From Opitutales bacterium (GTDB taxonomy: Bacteria > Verrucomicrobiota > Verrucomicrobiia > Opitutales > UBA2987): a stretch of 64,000 bases of DNA. A model generated the notes under the pieces. It saw only the letters and a program-made list of their open reading frames with translations, made no database searches and was not told where the DNA came from. Shown piece by piece: positions 1 through 10,373 of this stretch. The first letter of the stretch is position 1. Every line of letters begins with the position of its first letter. The position numbers and the translations under genes are program-made. The DNA is taken from the NCBI GenBank assembly GCA_965226885.1, contig CBDDEL010000016.1, forward strand, positions 887,195-951,194, written 5' to 3'.

Positions 1-1
1 C

Positions 2-979
2 CCCGCGCTTCACCACCTTTATTGGTGGGTCGTCGAGTTTTTCGGGTTTGTGAGCGAACATCTGTTTCTCTTGGGCGCTTCTTATTACAAGAGAAAACTG
101 CAGCAATTTCGGCCTCACCTCATTCTCAGCCTGCACGATTCGACCAACCGGGGATACTTCCGGGTGGCCAAGCGGGTCCCCGCCATCAAAGGCGTCTTCT
201 GCGTTACCTATTGCGGAGAGTATTCCGGCGGCTATGGGTTCAGCCGCAATTGGGTGACTCCACAGGCGGACCTTTTTATCGCCCGCACCAAGGAGACTCT
301 TGAATATGCGGAAAAATTTGGCATCAACGATGGCATTTCCAAAATATTCACTAATTTCCTAAGTCCGGACACCATTGCAGCGACAATGTCTCCCGAGGAA
401 CGCCACAACTACAGGGAGAACCAATTGGGGCTCTCCGCGGAAAAATTTACACTCCTTTTGGGCACCGGCAAGGCAGGGTTCAACCACCACCTTCGGTTTT
501 TAAATATTTTGGCAAAATACCCGCAAAAATCTCAGGCTATCGCGGTTTGCGGCAGCAACCGATCCGCCCATCAAGAACTGATTTCCTGGCAAAAAGAACA
601 TCCCGGTTATGCCCTTCATCTGGAGGGTTATAGTGGAAATTTCCCTCAATTAATTCAATCTTGCGACGCCATGATTACACGCGGCGGCGCAAATACCGCC
701 ACCGAGGCTCTATTTTTCGGTTGTCCATTGATATTCGATACGATGAGAGTTTTAATGCCCCAAGAACGTTTAACCTTGAACTATTTTTCCACCCATGGCG
801 CCGCTGCCGTCGTGCGATCGACAGAAGATTTTCATAACCTTCTCAAAAACTGGATGGAATTTTCAGATGATTACCAAACCGTAAAAAATCGGATGGCCGG
901 CCTGCGGTCATCGGACAATCCAGCAGCCTTCGTCCAGGAAATCGTCGATATGGCCATACAAAGAGCCTCAACCCCTTGA
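2..979 (+). CDS. Glycosyltransferase, MGDG synthase/UgtP-like (GT28); 5' end lies outside the window
   Basis: Frame is open from base 2 (PALHHLYWWVVEFF...). GT-B C-terminal motifs AVCGSN and CDAMITRGGANTATEAL...PQERLT. Confidence 0.7.
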   Translation, partial: PALHHLYWWVVEFFGFVSEHLFLLGASYYKRKLQQFRPHLILSLHDSTNRGYFRVAKRVPAIKGVFCVTYCGEYSGGYGFSRNWVTPQADLFIARTKETLEYAEKFGINDGISKIFTNFLSPDTIAATMSPEERHNYRENQLGLSAEKFTLLLGTGKAGFNHHLRFLNILAKYPQKSQAIAVCGSNRSAHQELISWQKEHPGYALHLEGYSGNFPQLIQSCDAMITRGGANTATEALFFGCPLIFDTMRVLMPQERLTLNYFSTHGAAAVVRSTEDFHNLLKNWMEFSDDYQTVKNRMAGLRSSDNPAAFVQEIVDMAIQRASTP

Positions 980-2190
980 ATCCGATGGCTTCAACCGGAA
1001 AAATTGCCTGGCTTTTTACAACTTTTCCCACGGCCACCGAAACATTTTTGCAAAGAGAGGTCCGCGCCTGCAAGAAACTGGGACTGCCCATGGAACTGTA
1101 TTCCCTGTGGGGAGGGGGTGAAAACTTTGAGGGACTGCCCATCCGCAAATTCCCCAAATGGCGACTTTTGGCCCTCCTCTGGCGCCTGCCGTTTTTATTG
1201 TTAACCCGCCCCAAGGCATTGGCCAAATCTTTGGGCCCCTATCTGCAACGACCGCCGCCTTCCATTATAAACTTTTGTGAAAACCTGATCGGCCTCTCCT
1301 TCGCAATCCTCTACGCGGAACATTTCAAAGTCAGCCGCCCGCTGCTGTTCCATGCCGTTTGGGCCACCATGCCGACAACCGCGGCCAGGCTTTTGCAGGC
1401 CCTAACGGGTATCCCCTACTCCATGGGCGCCCACGCCTACGATGTGTTTGAAAATGGCGGCGACTGGATCCTGAAGGAAAAACTCCGGGAGGCTCAATTC
1501 ATCCACACCACTACCGAAGCGACCAGGAAAACCTTGCTCTCGTATGGGGCGGAACCCGCCAAAATTCACCTTATCCGCAGGGGTCTGCTACCCCTGCCCT
1601 CTTTGCAGCCATTGCGCAAATCTAGAACAAAAGTGCGATTGGTCAGCATTGGCCGTCTCATCGAAAAAAAGGGCTGGGCCGGCCAGTTGGATATTTACGC
1701 CGCATTGGCTGCCAGCGGAGTTGACTTCGAAGCCTGCCTGATAGGAAAAGGCCCGCTCCGCAGCCAGCTAATGCGCAAGCGGAATCGGCTCAAGCTATCC
1801 CACCGGGTGCGTTTCCTGGGAGGTTTAAGCGAAAAACAAACCATGCATGAGCTATCTCGTGCCGACATTTTTCTCTTCACCGGAATTGTTGCGCCAAACG
1901 GAGACAGAGATGGTTTACCCAACGTAATTCCCGAAGCCATGGCGACCGGTCTTTGCGTCCTGACAACATCCGTGGGCGGCACTTTGGAAGCTATTGAAAA
2001 TGGCAAAACCGGCCTCGTCCTACCGCCGGATTCACCCGAAAAATGGGTGGCCGCCATTCAAAAAATCCAGCGCAACGACGATTTCAGTGAAAACCTCAGA
2101 AAAGAGGCCAGGGAATGGGTCGAAGAAAATTTCGATGCCTTTCTGAACAGTCAAAAACTAATACAAGCATTTGCCTCCGTGAAATCCTGA
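976..2190 (+). CDS. Glycosyltransferase family 4 (WcaL-like)
   Basis: FPTATETF N-terminal motif, SIGRLIEKKG, and DGLPNVIPEAMATG (GT4 signature region). Confidence 0.85.
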   Translation: MNPMASTGKIAWLFTTFPTATETFLQREVRACKKLGLPMELYSLWGGGENFEGLPIRKFPKWRLLALLWRLPFLLLTRPKALAKSLGPYLQRPPPSIINFCENLIGLSFAILYAEHFKVSRPLLFHAVWATMPTTAARLLQALTGIPYSMGAHAYDVFENGGDWILKEKLREAQFIHTTTEATRKTLLSYGAEPAKIHLIRRGLLPLPSLQPLRKSRTKVRLVSIGRLIEKKGWAGQLDIYAALAASGVDFEACLIGKGPLRSQLMRKRNRLKLSHRVRFLGGLSEKQTMHELSRADIFLFTGIVAPNGDRDGLPNVIPEAMATGLCVLTTSVGGTLEAIENGKTGLVLPPDSPEKWVAAIQKIQRNDDFSENLRKEAREWVEENFDAFLNSQKLIQAFASVKS

Positions 2191-2208
2191 AAATCTTTAC
2201 TGCCTAAG

Positions 2209-2472
2209 TTAGAACAAATCGCTATGGCTACCGGTTCGTTCTAGAAGAAGCTGCTCATTCGATATTCTATATATCAGAATCCAATCCGGTTCGATATGGC
2301 AATCCCTTCGTCCCTTCCAATTTCCTCTCAGTGGATGATCTTTGTAGCGAGCTGGCAAATGGTTTCTCGACAACAAAATTTTAACTACTTTTATAATCTT
2401 GGAATAATCTTTTCCTTTTCTAATTTGCGTTCTGATATCTTTTCTAAATTGAGAAGTTTGTGAAAGCTTCAT
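2209..2472 (-). CDS. yafQ: Type II toxin, YafQ family mRNA interferase
   Basis: 87 aa. DHPLRGNWKGRRDCHIEPDWILIY...RTGSHSDLF is the typical YafQ pattern. Confidence 0.9.
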   Translation of the reverse strand: MKLSQTSQFRKDIRTQIRKGKDYSKIIKVVKILLSRNHLPARYKDHPLRGNWKGRRDCHIEPDWILIYRISNEQLLLERTGSHSDLF

Positions 2473-2732
2473 TCTTTATTCCAGCTTGCCGCCATTTCAT
2501 CAATTGAATCGAAAGTTTCAATTTCTTCACCCCGGTCACTCTTTTCCAACGTTTCTATTGTGAGTTGATTAGGAATTCTCAGCTCAACCGGAAATTCTTT
2601 TCTTAAAGCAATTTGTCTGTATAACAGGCGGACCGCTTCAGTGGGAGTCATCCCGATTTGTTGCAGGACCTTTTCAGAAGCTTCTTTGGTTTTTTTATCA
2701 ATTCTGGCGTGGACTGTGGCAGTTTGTTTCAT
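2469..2732 (-). CDS. dinJ: Type II antitoxin, RelB/DinJ family
   Basis: Ribbon-helix-helix-like N-terminus (VHARID...ASEKVLQQIGMTPTEAVRL), PNQLT motif, 4-nt overlap with the toxin gene. Confidence 0.85.
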   Translation of the reverse strand: MKQTATVHARIDKKTKEASEKVLQQIGMTPTEAVRLLYRQIALRKEFPVELRIPNQLTIETLEKSDRGEEIETFDSIDEMAASWNKE

Positions 2733-2739
2733 GACTATT

Positions 2740-2767
2740 AATGTAGCACGTTTGCAACATTCGTCAA
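2740..2767 (-). promoter_or_regulatory. Promoter of the toxin-antitoxin operon with a palindromic operator
   Basis: Minus strand TTGACG-16 nt-TACATT. Imperfect palindrome ATGTAGCA-cgtt-TGCAACAT at 2741-2760 spans the spacer and -10. Confidence 0.6.
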
Positions 2768-2824
2768 TTTTATTTTTTTAGGCGCTATTCGTTTTTTGCG
2801 CGCTTTTCTACCTGATTTTTCCTT

Positions 2825-4324
2825 GTGCCTGATTGGGGACGAGCATTACAGTTTCCAGACCATGGCTTATCTTCTGCCCGATCTGTGATATTGACCCGCC
2901 TAAACTCATTGATGCGTTTAAAACTGCAACCACACCGGGTAATTTGGAGCCTCTTTTTGGGCATAACGCCGGTTGCGGCGGAAAAACCTGAAAAACCAAA
3001 CATCGTCTTTATCATGGCGGACGACCTTGGTTACGGGCATCTCGGGTGTTATGGGCAAACAAAGATTCGTACTCCCCATATTGACCGTTTGGCGGCGCAG
3101 GGAGTTCGCTTTACCGATGTCTATGCCGGAGCTCCCGTTTGTGCGCCTTCACGGAGCGTATTGATGACGGGTCTGCATGGCGGGCACACCCCGGTGCGCG
3201 GAAACAGCGGCGGGATTCCTCTGCATCCGGGAGATATCACGATTGCTGAACTATTGAAGGAGGCCGGCTACTCCACCGGGTTGTTTGGTAAGTGGGGGCT
3301 GGGGGAATTCGGAACCGATGGAGTTCCCTGGAAGCAGGGATTCGATGAGTTTTTCGGATACCTCCACCAGTATCATGCGCACTTCTACTATCCAGAATAC
3401 CTTTGGCACAATGATCGCCGTTACCCTTTGCCGGGTAATTTGGACGGCCAGAGAGGGCAATATACCCACGATGAAATTGTTGCCAAGGCGATGGGCTTTA
3501 TTCGAGACCATCAGGAGGAACCATTCTTCCTCTATCTGCCTTTTGCCGTGCCTCACTATGAATTGTTGGTTCCGGAGGGTTCCCTCAAGGAATATGCCGG
3601 CAAATTCCCGGAAACGCCTTACGAAGGCCGGGGCAGGCCGACGGGTTATCCGAGCGATTATGCCAAACAACCTATGCCTAAAGCGGCCACGGCGGCCATC
3701 ATCTCTCACATGGACAGAAGTGTTGGTAAAATCATGGATCTGTTGGGCGAATTGAATCTCGATGAAGAGACAATCGTAATCTTCACAAGTGACAACGGCC
3801 CCGTGGAAGGAGCCGCCGATCCTGATTTTTTTGAAGCCAGCGGTCCGCTTCGGGGTTATAAACGCACTCTCTACGAAGGAGGCCTGAGAGTTCCCGCGAT
3901 CATTCGTTGGACGGGCAAAATCCAGGCTGGAACAGTCAACCGCACTCCCTGGCATTTTGCCGATGTTTTGCCGACTTTAACCGAAATAGCCGGTAGAACC
4001 ACTCCTGAAAACATCGATGGCAAATCTATGTTACCGCTCTTGCTCGGATCGGAAAATCCGGTTCAAGTGGAGGATCGAGTTTTCTATTGGGAATTTAGAG
4101 GCGCCGCTGCCATCCGATATGGAAAGTGGAAGGCGATTCGTCCCATACAACCCGATGCCCCGGTCGAATTATATGACCTTTCTACCGATATCTCTGAAAA
4201 CAATAATGTGGCGGATGATTATCCTGATATTATTGCAAAGCTTATCCCGATTCTGGAATCGGCCCACCTCGACCCGCGTCCCCAAATCGAGCCGGAACCG
4301 CCAGCCGATAAACGCTTCAGGTGA
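2825..4324 (+). CDS. Arylsulfatase (formylglycine-dependent, Cys type); true start probably near 2912
   Basis: KPNIVFIMADDLG, CAPSRSVLMTG (CxPSR), GKWGLG, FTSDNG and YEGGLRVP motifs. Confidence 0.92.
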   Translation: MPDWGRALQFPDHGLSSARSVILTRLNSLMRLKLQPHRVIWSLFLGITPVAAEKPEKPNIVFIMADDLGYGHLGCYGQTKIRTPHIDRLAAQGVRFTDVYAGAPVCAPSRSVLMTGLHGGHTPVRGNSGGIPLHPGDITIAELLKEAGYSTGLFGKWGLGEFGTDGVPWKQGFDEFFGYLHQYHAHFYYPEYLWHNDRRYPLPGNLDGQRGQYTHDEIVAKAMGFIRDHQEEPFFLYLPFAVPHYELLVPEGSLKEYAGKFPETPYEGRGRPTGYPSDYAKQPMPKAATAAIISHMDRSVGKIMDLLGELNLDEETIVIFTSDNGPVEGAADPDFFEASGPLRGYKRTLYEGGLRVPAIIRWTGKIQAGTVNRTPWHFADVLPTLTEIAGRTTPENIDGKSMLPLLLGSENPVQVEDRVFYWEFRGAAAIRYGKWKAIRPIQPDAPVELYDLSTDISENNNVADDYPDIIAKLIPILESAHLDPRPQIEPEPPADKRFR

Positions 4325-4346
4325 TAAGATGTGCCTGCCTTTTTGA

Positions 4347-5969
4347 TCACTCTACTATTTCCAGACTGATGTATTTATAGGGATGCCAGTCGAGGAGGTT
4401 GGGATGCCAGTTTTTTACTTCGGGGCGGATGAGGTAGGCGTTGACGTAGAAGTAGAGGGGGATGATGGGGGATTCCTGGAGGAGGAGCGCTTCGGCACCG
4501 GCAAATAATTGCAGGCGTTCGGATGGGTGGCCGTGGCCGGTTTGGGCTGCCTGTTTAATTAAATTGTCGTAAAGGGAGTTTTTCCAGCGGCTGTGGTTAT
4601 TGCCGGAACCGCTGGTCCAGATTTCGAGAAAGGTATTGGGATCGTTGTAGTCGCCCACCCAACTGGAGCGGGCGATGTGAAAATCCCCGTTGTTGCGCGA
4701 GTCGAGGTAAACCTTGTATTCCTGGTTGCGCAATTCGACCCGGATGCCGAGGGCGGTCTTCCACATTTGCTGGATCGCTTCGGCCATGGCTTTGTTGTTT
4801 TCCGAAGAGTTGAATAATAGCTCTAAATGGGGAAATCCTTTTCCCTGCAGAAAACCGGCTTCGGCCAGTAAACGACGAGCCTCTACGGCATTTTCCACAA
4901 TCCGGTCTGCAGGGGCCGGGGCGTATCCGCCCGTTCCGGCGGGAGTAAAATGATACGCCGCCAATTGCCCTCCGGCCTTGACATGTTCAACCAGGCTGCG
5001 GCGATCGAGGGCCAGGCTGAGCGCCCGCCGCACCCGGACATCGTCCAGCGGCGCGATTTCCGTATTGAGCAGGTAATATTCCGTGCCCAGATACGGATCG
5101 AGACGAAGGAAGGGAGAATTCTCCCGCCTATAATGGCCCAGTTTGGTCGATGGCACGGTCTCGGTGACATGCAATTGACCCACCTTGAAAGCCAATTCCT
5201 CGGTATTGAGGTTCTCGATGGGGTAAAACCGGATTTCCTCCAATCGAACCGTGGCCGCGTCCCAATAAAAAGGATTCCTTTCCACCCCGACCACTTCATT
5301 AACCCTCCATTCCTTGAGACGAAAGGGCCCGTTTCCCACATGGGATCTAGCCTGCGTCCAGCCTGTGGCGCGTTCATCGGCGGCGCCGTGGCTGAGCAAT
5401 GTTTTTTTGTGCACTGGATACCAGGCCGGATGCATGAGCAGGGAAAGGAAGTAGGGCGTCGGTTCCACCAATGTAAGCTCAAGGATAGCGTCGCTAACGG
5501 CAACCGCGCCCACCTGCGAAAAATCTTCGATTGCGTCGGCATGAAACGCTTCGGCATTTTCCAGGACAAAAAGCAACCCGGCGTTGGCCGCGCCCAGTGC
5601 CGGGCTGAGCATCCTTTTAAAAGAAAAAATAAAGTCACGGGCCGTGAGAGAGTCGCCGTTGGACCACCGCGCTTCTTTTCGCAGGTAAAAGGTGTAAATC
5701 CGTCCATTGTCCGAAATTTCCCACTTTTCGGCCACACCGGGAACCGGGCTGAGATCCTCGGGATGCGGGCTGACCAAACCCTCGAACAAGGCCATGTGGA
5801 TATTGATTTCGGAAACGCCGGTGGTCGTTTGAGGGTCGAGATCGGCCGGTTCGACCTGATTGCCCAGGTGCAGGATTTGATGGCTATTGCCGTGCTCGAC
5901 CGGTGTTTCCCTTTTGGCGCAACCTGCCAACAGAACTGCCAGCAAGACTGCCCTCAGCGCAATTTTCAT
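4347..5969 (-). CDS. oppA: Oligopeptide ABC transporter substrate-binding lipoprotein
   Basis: Lipobox LLAGC. SBP family 5 motifs LDPQ, FEGLV, YTFYLR...WSNGD, GNGPFRL and WVGDYNDPNTFL. Confidence 0.9.
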   Translation of the reverse strand: MKIALRAVLLAVLLAGCAKRETPVEHGNSHQILHLGNQVEPADLDPQTTTGVSEINIHMALFEGLVSPHPEDLSPVPGVAEKWEISDNGRIYTFYLRKEARWSNGDSLTARDFIFSFKRMLSPALGAANAGLLFVLENAEAFHADAIEDFSQVGAVAVSDAILELTLVEPTPYFLSLLMHPAWYPVHKKTLLSHGAADERATGWTQARSHVGNGPFRLKEWRVNEVVGVERNPFYWDAATVRLEEIRFYPIENLNTEELAFKVGQLHVTETVPSTKLGHYRRENSPFLRLDPYLGTEYYLLNTEIAPLDDVRVRRALSLALDRRSLVEHVKAGGQLAAYHFTPAGTGGYAPAPADRIVENAVEARRLLAEAGFLQGKGFPHLELLFNSSENNKAMAEAIQQMWKTALGIRVELRNQEYKVYLDSRNNGDFHIARSSWVGDYNDPNTFLEIWTSGSGNNHSRWKNSLYDNLIKQAAQTGHGHPSERLQLFAGAEALLLQESPIIPLYFYVNAYLIRPEVKNWHPNLLDWHPYKYISLEIVE

Positions 5970-7783
5970 TTCTTACCTGCGACCCATTCGCGGATTATCT
6001 CATTGAGCACGTCGAGGGGCATCAGGCCATGCCCCAACACCTGGTCGTGAAACTCCCGCACGTCAAATCCGCTGCCCAGCTCAACGGTGGCGTAACGGCG
6101 CAGTTCCTTGATCTTGAGTTCGCCCGTTTTGTAGGCCAATGCCTGCCCGGGCCAGGAAATGTAGCGGTCCACCTCGACCGTAATATTCTTTTCCGTCAGG
6201 CCGGAGTTTTCCTTGAAAAAATCAATGGCGGCCTGCCGGCTCCAGCCGAGGGCATGCATACCGGTATCGACCACCAGCCGGATGGCCCGCCACATTTCGT
6301 AGGAGAGCTGCCCGAACTTGGAATAGGGGTCCTGGTAAAATCCCATTTCCTCCCCCAGAGATTCCGAATACAGGCCCCAACCCTCTCCGTAAGCGGTGAT
6401 CCAGAGGTTTTTGCGAAATTCGGGCAAACCTTCCAGTTCCTGCGCAATTGCGATTTGCAGGTGGTGGCCGGGCACCGCTTCATGCAGGGAGAGCGATTCC
6501 ATCTCGAATTTCGGTCGCGATTTCAAATCGTAGGTATTGGCGAAAAAATTACCGGGACGCCCCGCCAGTAGCGAACCGGGGCGATAATAGGCTGTGGTCT
6601 GCGATTTCGCCATATATTCGGGCACTTCCACCACCCCGTAGGGCAGGCGCGGAAGGGCCCCGAAGATTTTGATTAATTCGGGATCGGCCCTCTTGCAAAT
6701 GGCCCTATAAGCCGTCATAAGGTCCTCGGCCTCATCAAAGTAAAACTGCGGATCAGTGCGCAGAAAGGCCAGAAATTCTTCGCGCGTGCCCTCGAAGCCG
6801 GTCTTTTCGATGACTTTCTCCATTTTCCCCCGGATGCGTTTAACTTCGCTCAATCCAATCCGGTGAACCTCCTCCGGCGAGCGATTGCTGGTGGTGTGTT
6901 TTTTAACCGCAAAGGCGTACCATTCCCGTCCGTTGGGCAGGGCACTCCAGCCGATCGCTTCCCGGCACAGAGGCATATAAGTGTTTTCCAAATAATCGCC
7001 GAAAGCCAGAAAGGCTGGATTGACGGTTTCGAGAATAACCGTTCGGGCCTCTAGCAGGAGCTTTTCGCGAATTTGCGGATCGATGGATTCGGGCAAGTCC
7101 TTAAACGGCAGCCAAAGCGGATTTTTTTCCAGGTCGAAGGCCGCGGTAGCCCGGATTTCTTCCGGAAAATTAACCAAAGTGATTCTGGCCGGGGTAACTC
7201 CCAGGGCCGAATAATGCTCCATCACCGATTGCGCTTCACCGAGCAATTGCGGGACTCCTTTGAGGCGGGCTATGATGTTGGCAAAATCCTCCTCCTGGCG
7301 CGCCGGCATTATGGCGAAGGTGTTGGGAATAGTCTGGGTAACGCTCTGCATGTAATTGACCGGCATGGAAGCGAATTCGGGCGGAAAGCGATAGCCTTCA
7401 ATCGATTGCTGCAGGAGGTAGGCAAAAAGTTTGTAGTTCAGCCGGTCGGCCGTGGGCAGAGAGCCGGGCTCGATGGCATCGAGTATCTCCTTTTGCCGAT
7501 AGGTGGCGTCACGTTGACGTTCCTCCGCCTCCAGGCTCAATTCGTGCCAGCGGTCGTTGTAGCCGGAGCGCCCCAGTTGGGTCGCGAAGACCGGGCTTTC
7601 AAACAAACCATGTTCCCAGGAAACCTCGAAAAGACGGTGCAGCCGTTCCGAGGGGGAGAGTTCGTCCCGATTTTTCAGGAGTCGCTCGTAATCACGGGCA
7701 AACGTTTGGGAACTGGTTTCCGCAAAAAGCGGAATTGAAAAAAACAATATAAGAGCGGAGATACAAAAAAGAGGATATTTCAC
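5966..7783 (-). CDS. DUF885 family secreted protein (putative zinc metallopeptidase)
   Basis: Signal-peptide-like start at GTG 7783. HEAVPGHHLQ, EGWGLYSE and PGQALAYKTG motifs. Confidence 0.85.
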   Translation of the reverse strand: MKYPLFCISALILFFSIPLFAETSSQTFARDYERLLKNRDELSPSERLHRLFEVSWEHGLFESPVFATQLGRSGYNDRWHELSLEAEERQRDATYRQKEILDAIEPGSLPTADRLNYKLFAYLLQQSIEGYRFPPEFASMPVNYMQSVTQTIPNTFAIMPARQEEDFANIIARLKGVPQLLGEAQSVMEHYSALGVTPARITLVNFPEEIRATAAFDLEKNPLWLPFKDLPESIDPQIREKLLLEARTVILETVNPAFLAFGDYLENTYMPLCREAIGWSALPNGREWYAFAVKKHTTSNRSPEEVHRIGLSEVKRIRGKMEKVIEKTGFEGTREEFLAFLRTDPQFYFDEAEDLMTAYRAICKRADPELIKIFGALPRLPYGVVEVPEYMAKSQTTAYYRPGSLLAGRPGNFFANTYDLKSRPKFEMESLSLHEAVPGHHLQIAIAQELEGLPEFRKNLWITAYGEGWGLYSESLGEEMGFYQDPYSKFGQLSYEMWRAIRLVVDTGMHALGWSRQAAIDFFKENSGLTEKNITVEVDRYISWPGQALAYKTGELKIKELRRYATVELGSGFDVREFHDQVLGHGLMPLDVLNEIIREWVAGKK

Positions 7784-7904
7784 GAAAAAGAGGAATTGAG
7801 ATTTTTCGTCCGCAAGTTGAGGAAAACCGCCAGGCATGGCAAGGATTTCCCAGAATTGAGCGACCTGCGCGGAGGGATTCTCCAGCCTTCTGTTGACCGA
7901 TTAT

Positions 7905-10358
7905 TTACTGGTAGCGCAATGCATCCATGGGCTGCACTTTGGTAGCGCGCCAAGCGGGCAGATAACAGGCCAGCAAAGCTACAATGGCCAGACAAACAAT
8001 CACCGCAACGAAGGTCGGCAGGTCGTTGGGTTTTACCCCGTAGAGCAGGTATTTCAGCATGTTGGCCAACGCGAAAGCCATCGGTATGCCAATCGCCAAC
8101 CCGGTAAAAACTTGTATCGCCCCCTGTTTCAGGATCAGGTTGAGTATGCTCTTGTTCTTTGCTCCCAATGCCATGCGGATACCGATTTCCCTCGTCCTCT
8201 GAGTGACGGAGAAGGACATGACTCCGTAAATGCCGACCGAGGCCAGGAAAAGGGCCATGATCCCAAAGATGCTGAATAACCCGGCAATGAGGCGGTAGAA
8301 ATAGCTCGAATCGTAAAAATACTCATTCATCGATTTGGCGAAATAGATCGGCAGGTGAGGGTCTATGGCCTGCACTTGCTGGCGCACTTTGGAAATGGCC
8401 GCCTTGGGGTCGCCGTAGGTGCGCACGATCAAGGTTGCAAAGCCCAGTTCCTCCTCCTGCCAGAAGGGCTCCAGGAGAATGTCATCGACACCCGACCGCA
8501 GATGGCTGTCGTGCCCGGTGATTTTGAAATCTTTGACCACCCCGACAATCTTGAGCCATTGGTCATTCATGTCATGCTCAATGCCATGTAGCTTCTCGCC
8601 ATATTTTAAGCGCTTTCCGATGGCGCTTTGTCCGGGCCACATTTTTTTGGCAAAGCTCTCGTTGACAATGGCCACCTTCTCCTTTTCATCCAGAAGGCAG
8701 AAAAATTTTCCTTCCACCAATGGAATATTCAGTGCTGTCAGGAAACTGGCGGAAACCGAAGTTTGCACCACTGTATCCAAATCCTCATCCGGGGCGTATT
8801 CTTTTCCTTCAATTCGGCAATTGGATTTCCAGCCTCCAGATTCCCTTCCTGATAAGAAGATAAACCTGGTCATGGCCGCGGCCTCGACTCCGGTCTGGTA
8901 ACTCAGATTTCTCACCAGTTTATTGTAAAAAGCCAATCTGCTTTCATTATCCGGGTAGTCGGCCGGGAATAGCCCCATGCGCACAGTCAGAAGTTTTTCA
9001 GGGTTGAAACCAATTTCAGTATAATGAAGGTTGACTAAGGTTTTAATAGTCAGGCCGGCTCCGATCAGGAGGGCGGTGGAAATGGCAATCTGCACCACCG
9101 CCAGAAATTTGCTGAAGCGCCGAATGCTGAACCCGGAGGATGTGGCTGAAGCGTCTTTGAGCATATTCATCACATTGGTGCGGGAAGCTTCCCAAGCCGG
9201 CACGATCCCCGATATGATTCCCGCAAACAGGGTAATGAAAACGACAAATAAAAGCACATTGCCGTCGATACTGAAGTTCATCCAGTAAGGCGGATCCATC
9301 CGTTGAGCACTGGACCATAGAAAATCCACTCCCCAACTGGTCAGGATGAGACCCCCGATGGCTCCGAAACCAGCCAGGATGAGACTTTCCACCAGCAATT
9401 GGCGGATGATATTGAAACGGGTTGCCCCCAAGGCCGAGCGAACGGCCATTTCCTTTGCCCTGAGGGTCGAGCGGGCCAGCAGCAGGTTGGCTACATTGGC
9501 ACAGGCGATGAGCAGAACAAAAATGCCGGTACTCATGCATAGCAAAATTTCTTTGGTCAGTTTTTTGCTCACAAAAAGCCTGGTGAAGGGTTTGATGCCC
9601 AAGGTATAACCGGCTGCCATCTCCTGCTCCCCTTCCGACCACGATATTTTCTTGCTTAAATTAACCAGTTCCGCCTCCGCTTCTTCATGCCTGACGCCTT
9701 TTTTAATGCGGCCAAATGCCATGCCTCTCTTCTCTTTATAATTGGTCGGCGCCTGCTCCAGAGGAAGCCAAATCTCCTGATTGATAGGAAATTTGAAATC
9801 GCGCGGCATGACCCCTACAATACTGGACTCGACGCCATTGACGCGCACCGATTTGCCGATTATTTTGGGATCTCCATAATAGCGGTGTTTCCAGACATTG
9901 TAACCGATAAGGATCACTCGCCCGGAGTCGGAGTGGCAGTCAGCTTCGTTGAAGCAACGCCCATGAAGTGGCTTGACTCCAAGCAAATCCAGAAAATTTC
10001 CAGAGATAAAAGCCCCGTCGTATCGTTGGGGCAATCCATTGCCGCTTAGGTTTACGGTGCCGCTGTACCATGCGCTGAATCCTTCGAAAGTTTTCGATTC
10101 TTCGTTCAAACGCTTCAGATCGGTAAAGGGTATCCCATATTTCCCCTCCTCCATAACCTCGAAATCCTGGGTCAAGTGCATCAGGCGATCAAAATACTCG
10201 TAGCTCTCACCCTTGAACAAAATGCCGTTGGCAACGCTGAACATACTCGTGGTTAGCCCAATTCCGATAGCCAAGGCCAAGACTGCCAGGGCGCTCAGGG
10301 CAGGCTTGGTTTGTAATGCGCGAAAGCCGAATCGAATCTCTCTCAAGAACTGGTCCAT
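7905..10358 (-). CDS. ABC transporter permease with duplicated FtsX/MacB domains (ADOP-like)
   Basis: LLIACANVANLLLAR...EMAVRSALGA and VTQRTREIGIRMALGA repeats; ends QPMDALRYQ. Confidence 0.9.
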   Translation of the reverse strand: MDQFLREIRFGFRALQTKPALSALAVLALAIGIGLTTSMFSVANGILFKGESYEYFDRLMHLTQDFEVMEEGKYGIPFTDLKRLNEESKTFEGFSAWYSGTVNLSGNGLPQRYDGAFISGNFLDLLGVKPLHGRCFNEADCHSDSGRVILIGYNVWKHRYYGDPKIIGKSVRVNGVESSIVGVMPRDFKFPINQEIWLPLEQAPTNYKEKRGMAFGRIKKGVRHEEAEAELVNLSKKISWSEGEQEMAAGYTLGIKPFTRLFVSKKLTKEILLCMSTGIFVLLIACANVANLLLARSTLRAKEMAVRSALGATRFNIIRQLLVESLILAGFGAIGGLILTSWGVDFLWSSAQRMDPPYWMNFSIDGNVLLFVVFITLFAGIISGIVPAWEASRTNVMNMLKDASATSSGFSIRRFSKFLAVVQIAISTALLIGAGLTIKTLVNLHYTEIGFNPEKLLTVRMGLFPADYPDNESRLAFYNKLVRNLSYQTGVEAAAMTRFIFLSGRESGGWKSNCRIEGKEYAPDEDLDTVVQTSVSASFLTALNIPLVEGKFFCLLDEKEKVAIVNESFAKKMWPGQSAIGKRLKYGEKLHGIEHDMNDQWLKIVGVVKDFKITGHDSHLRSGVDDILLEPFWQEEELGFATLIVRTYGDPKAAISKVRQQVQAIDPHLPIYFAKSMNEYFYDSSYFYRLIAGLFSIFGIMALFLASVGIYGVMSFSVTQRTREIGIRMALGAKNKSILNLILKQGAIQVFTGLAIGIPMAFALANMLKYLLYGVKPNDLPTFVAVIVCLAIVALLACYLPAWRATKVQPMDALRYQ

Positions 10359-10373
10359 AATTATTCGGGCTAG

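Noticed and set aside
4883..7738. Long alternate-frame or antisense ORFs (e.g. 4950-6050, 7073-7738; likewise 31634-32770 and 62136-63104)
   Set aside because: They are shadows of well-supported genes on the other strand or frame.
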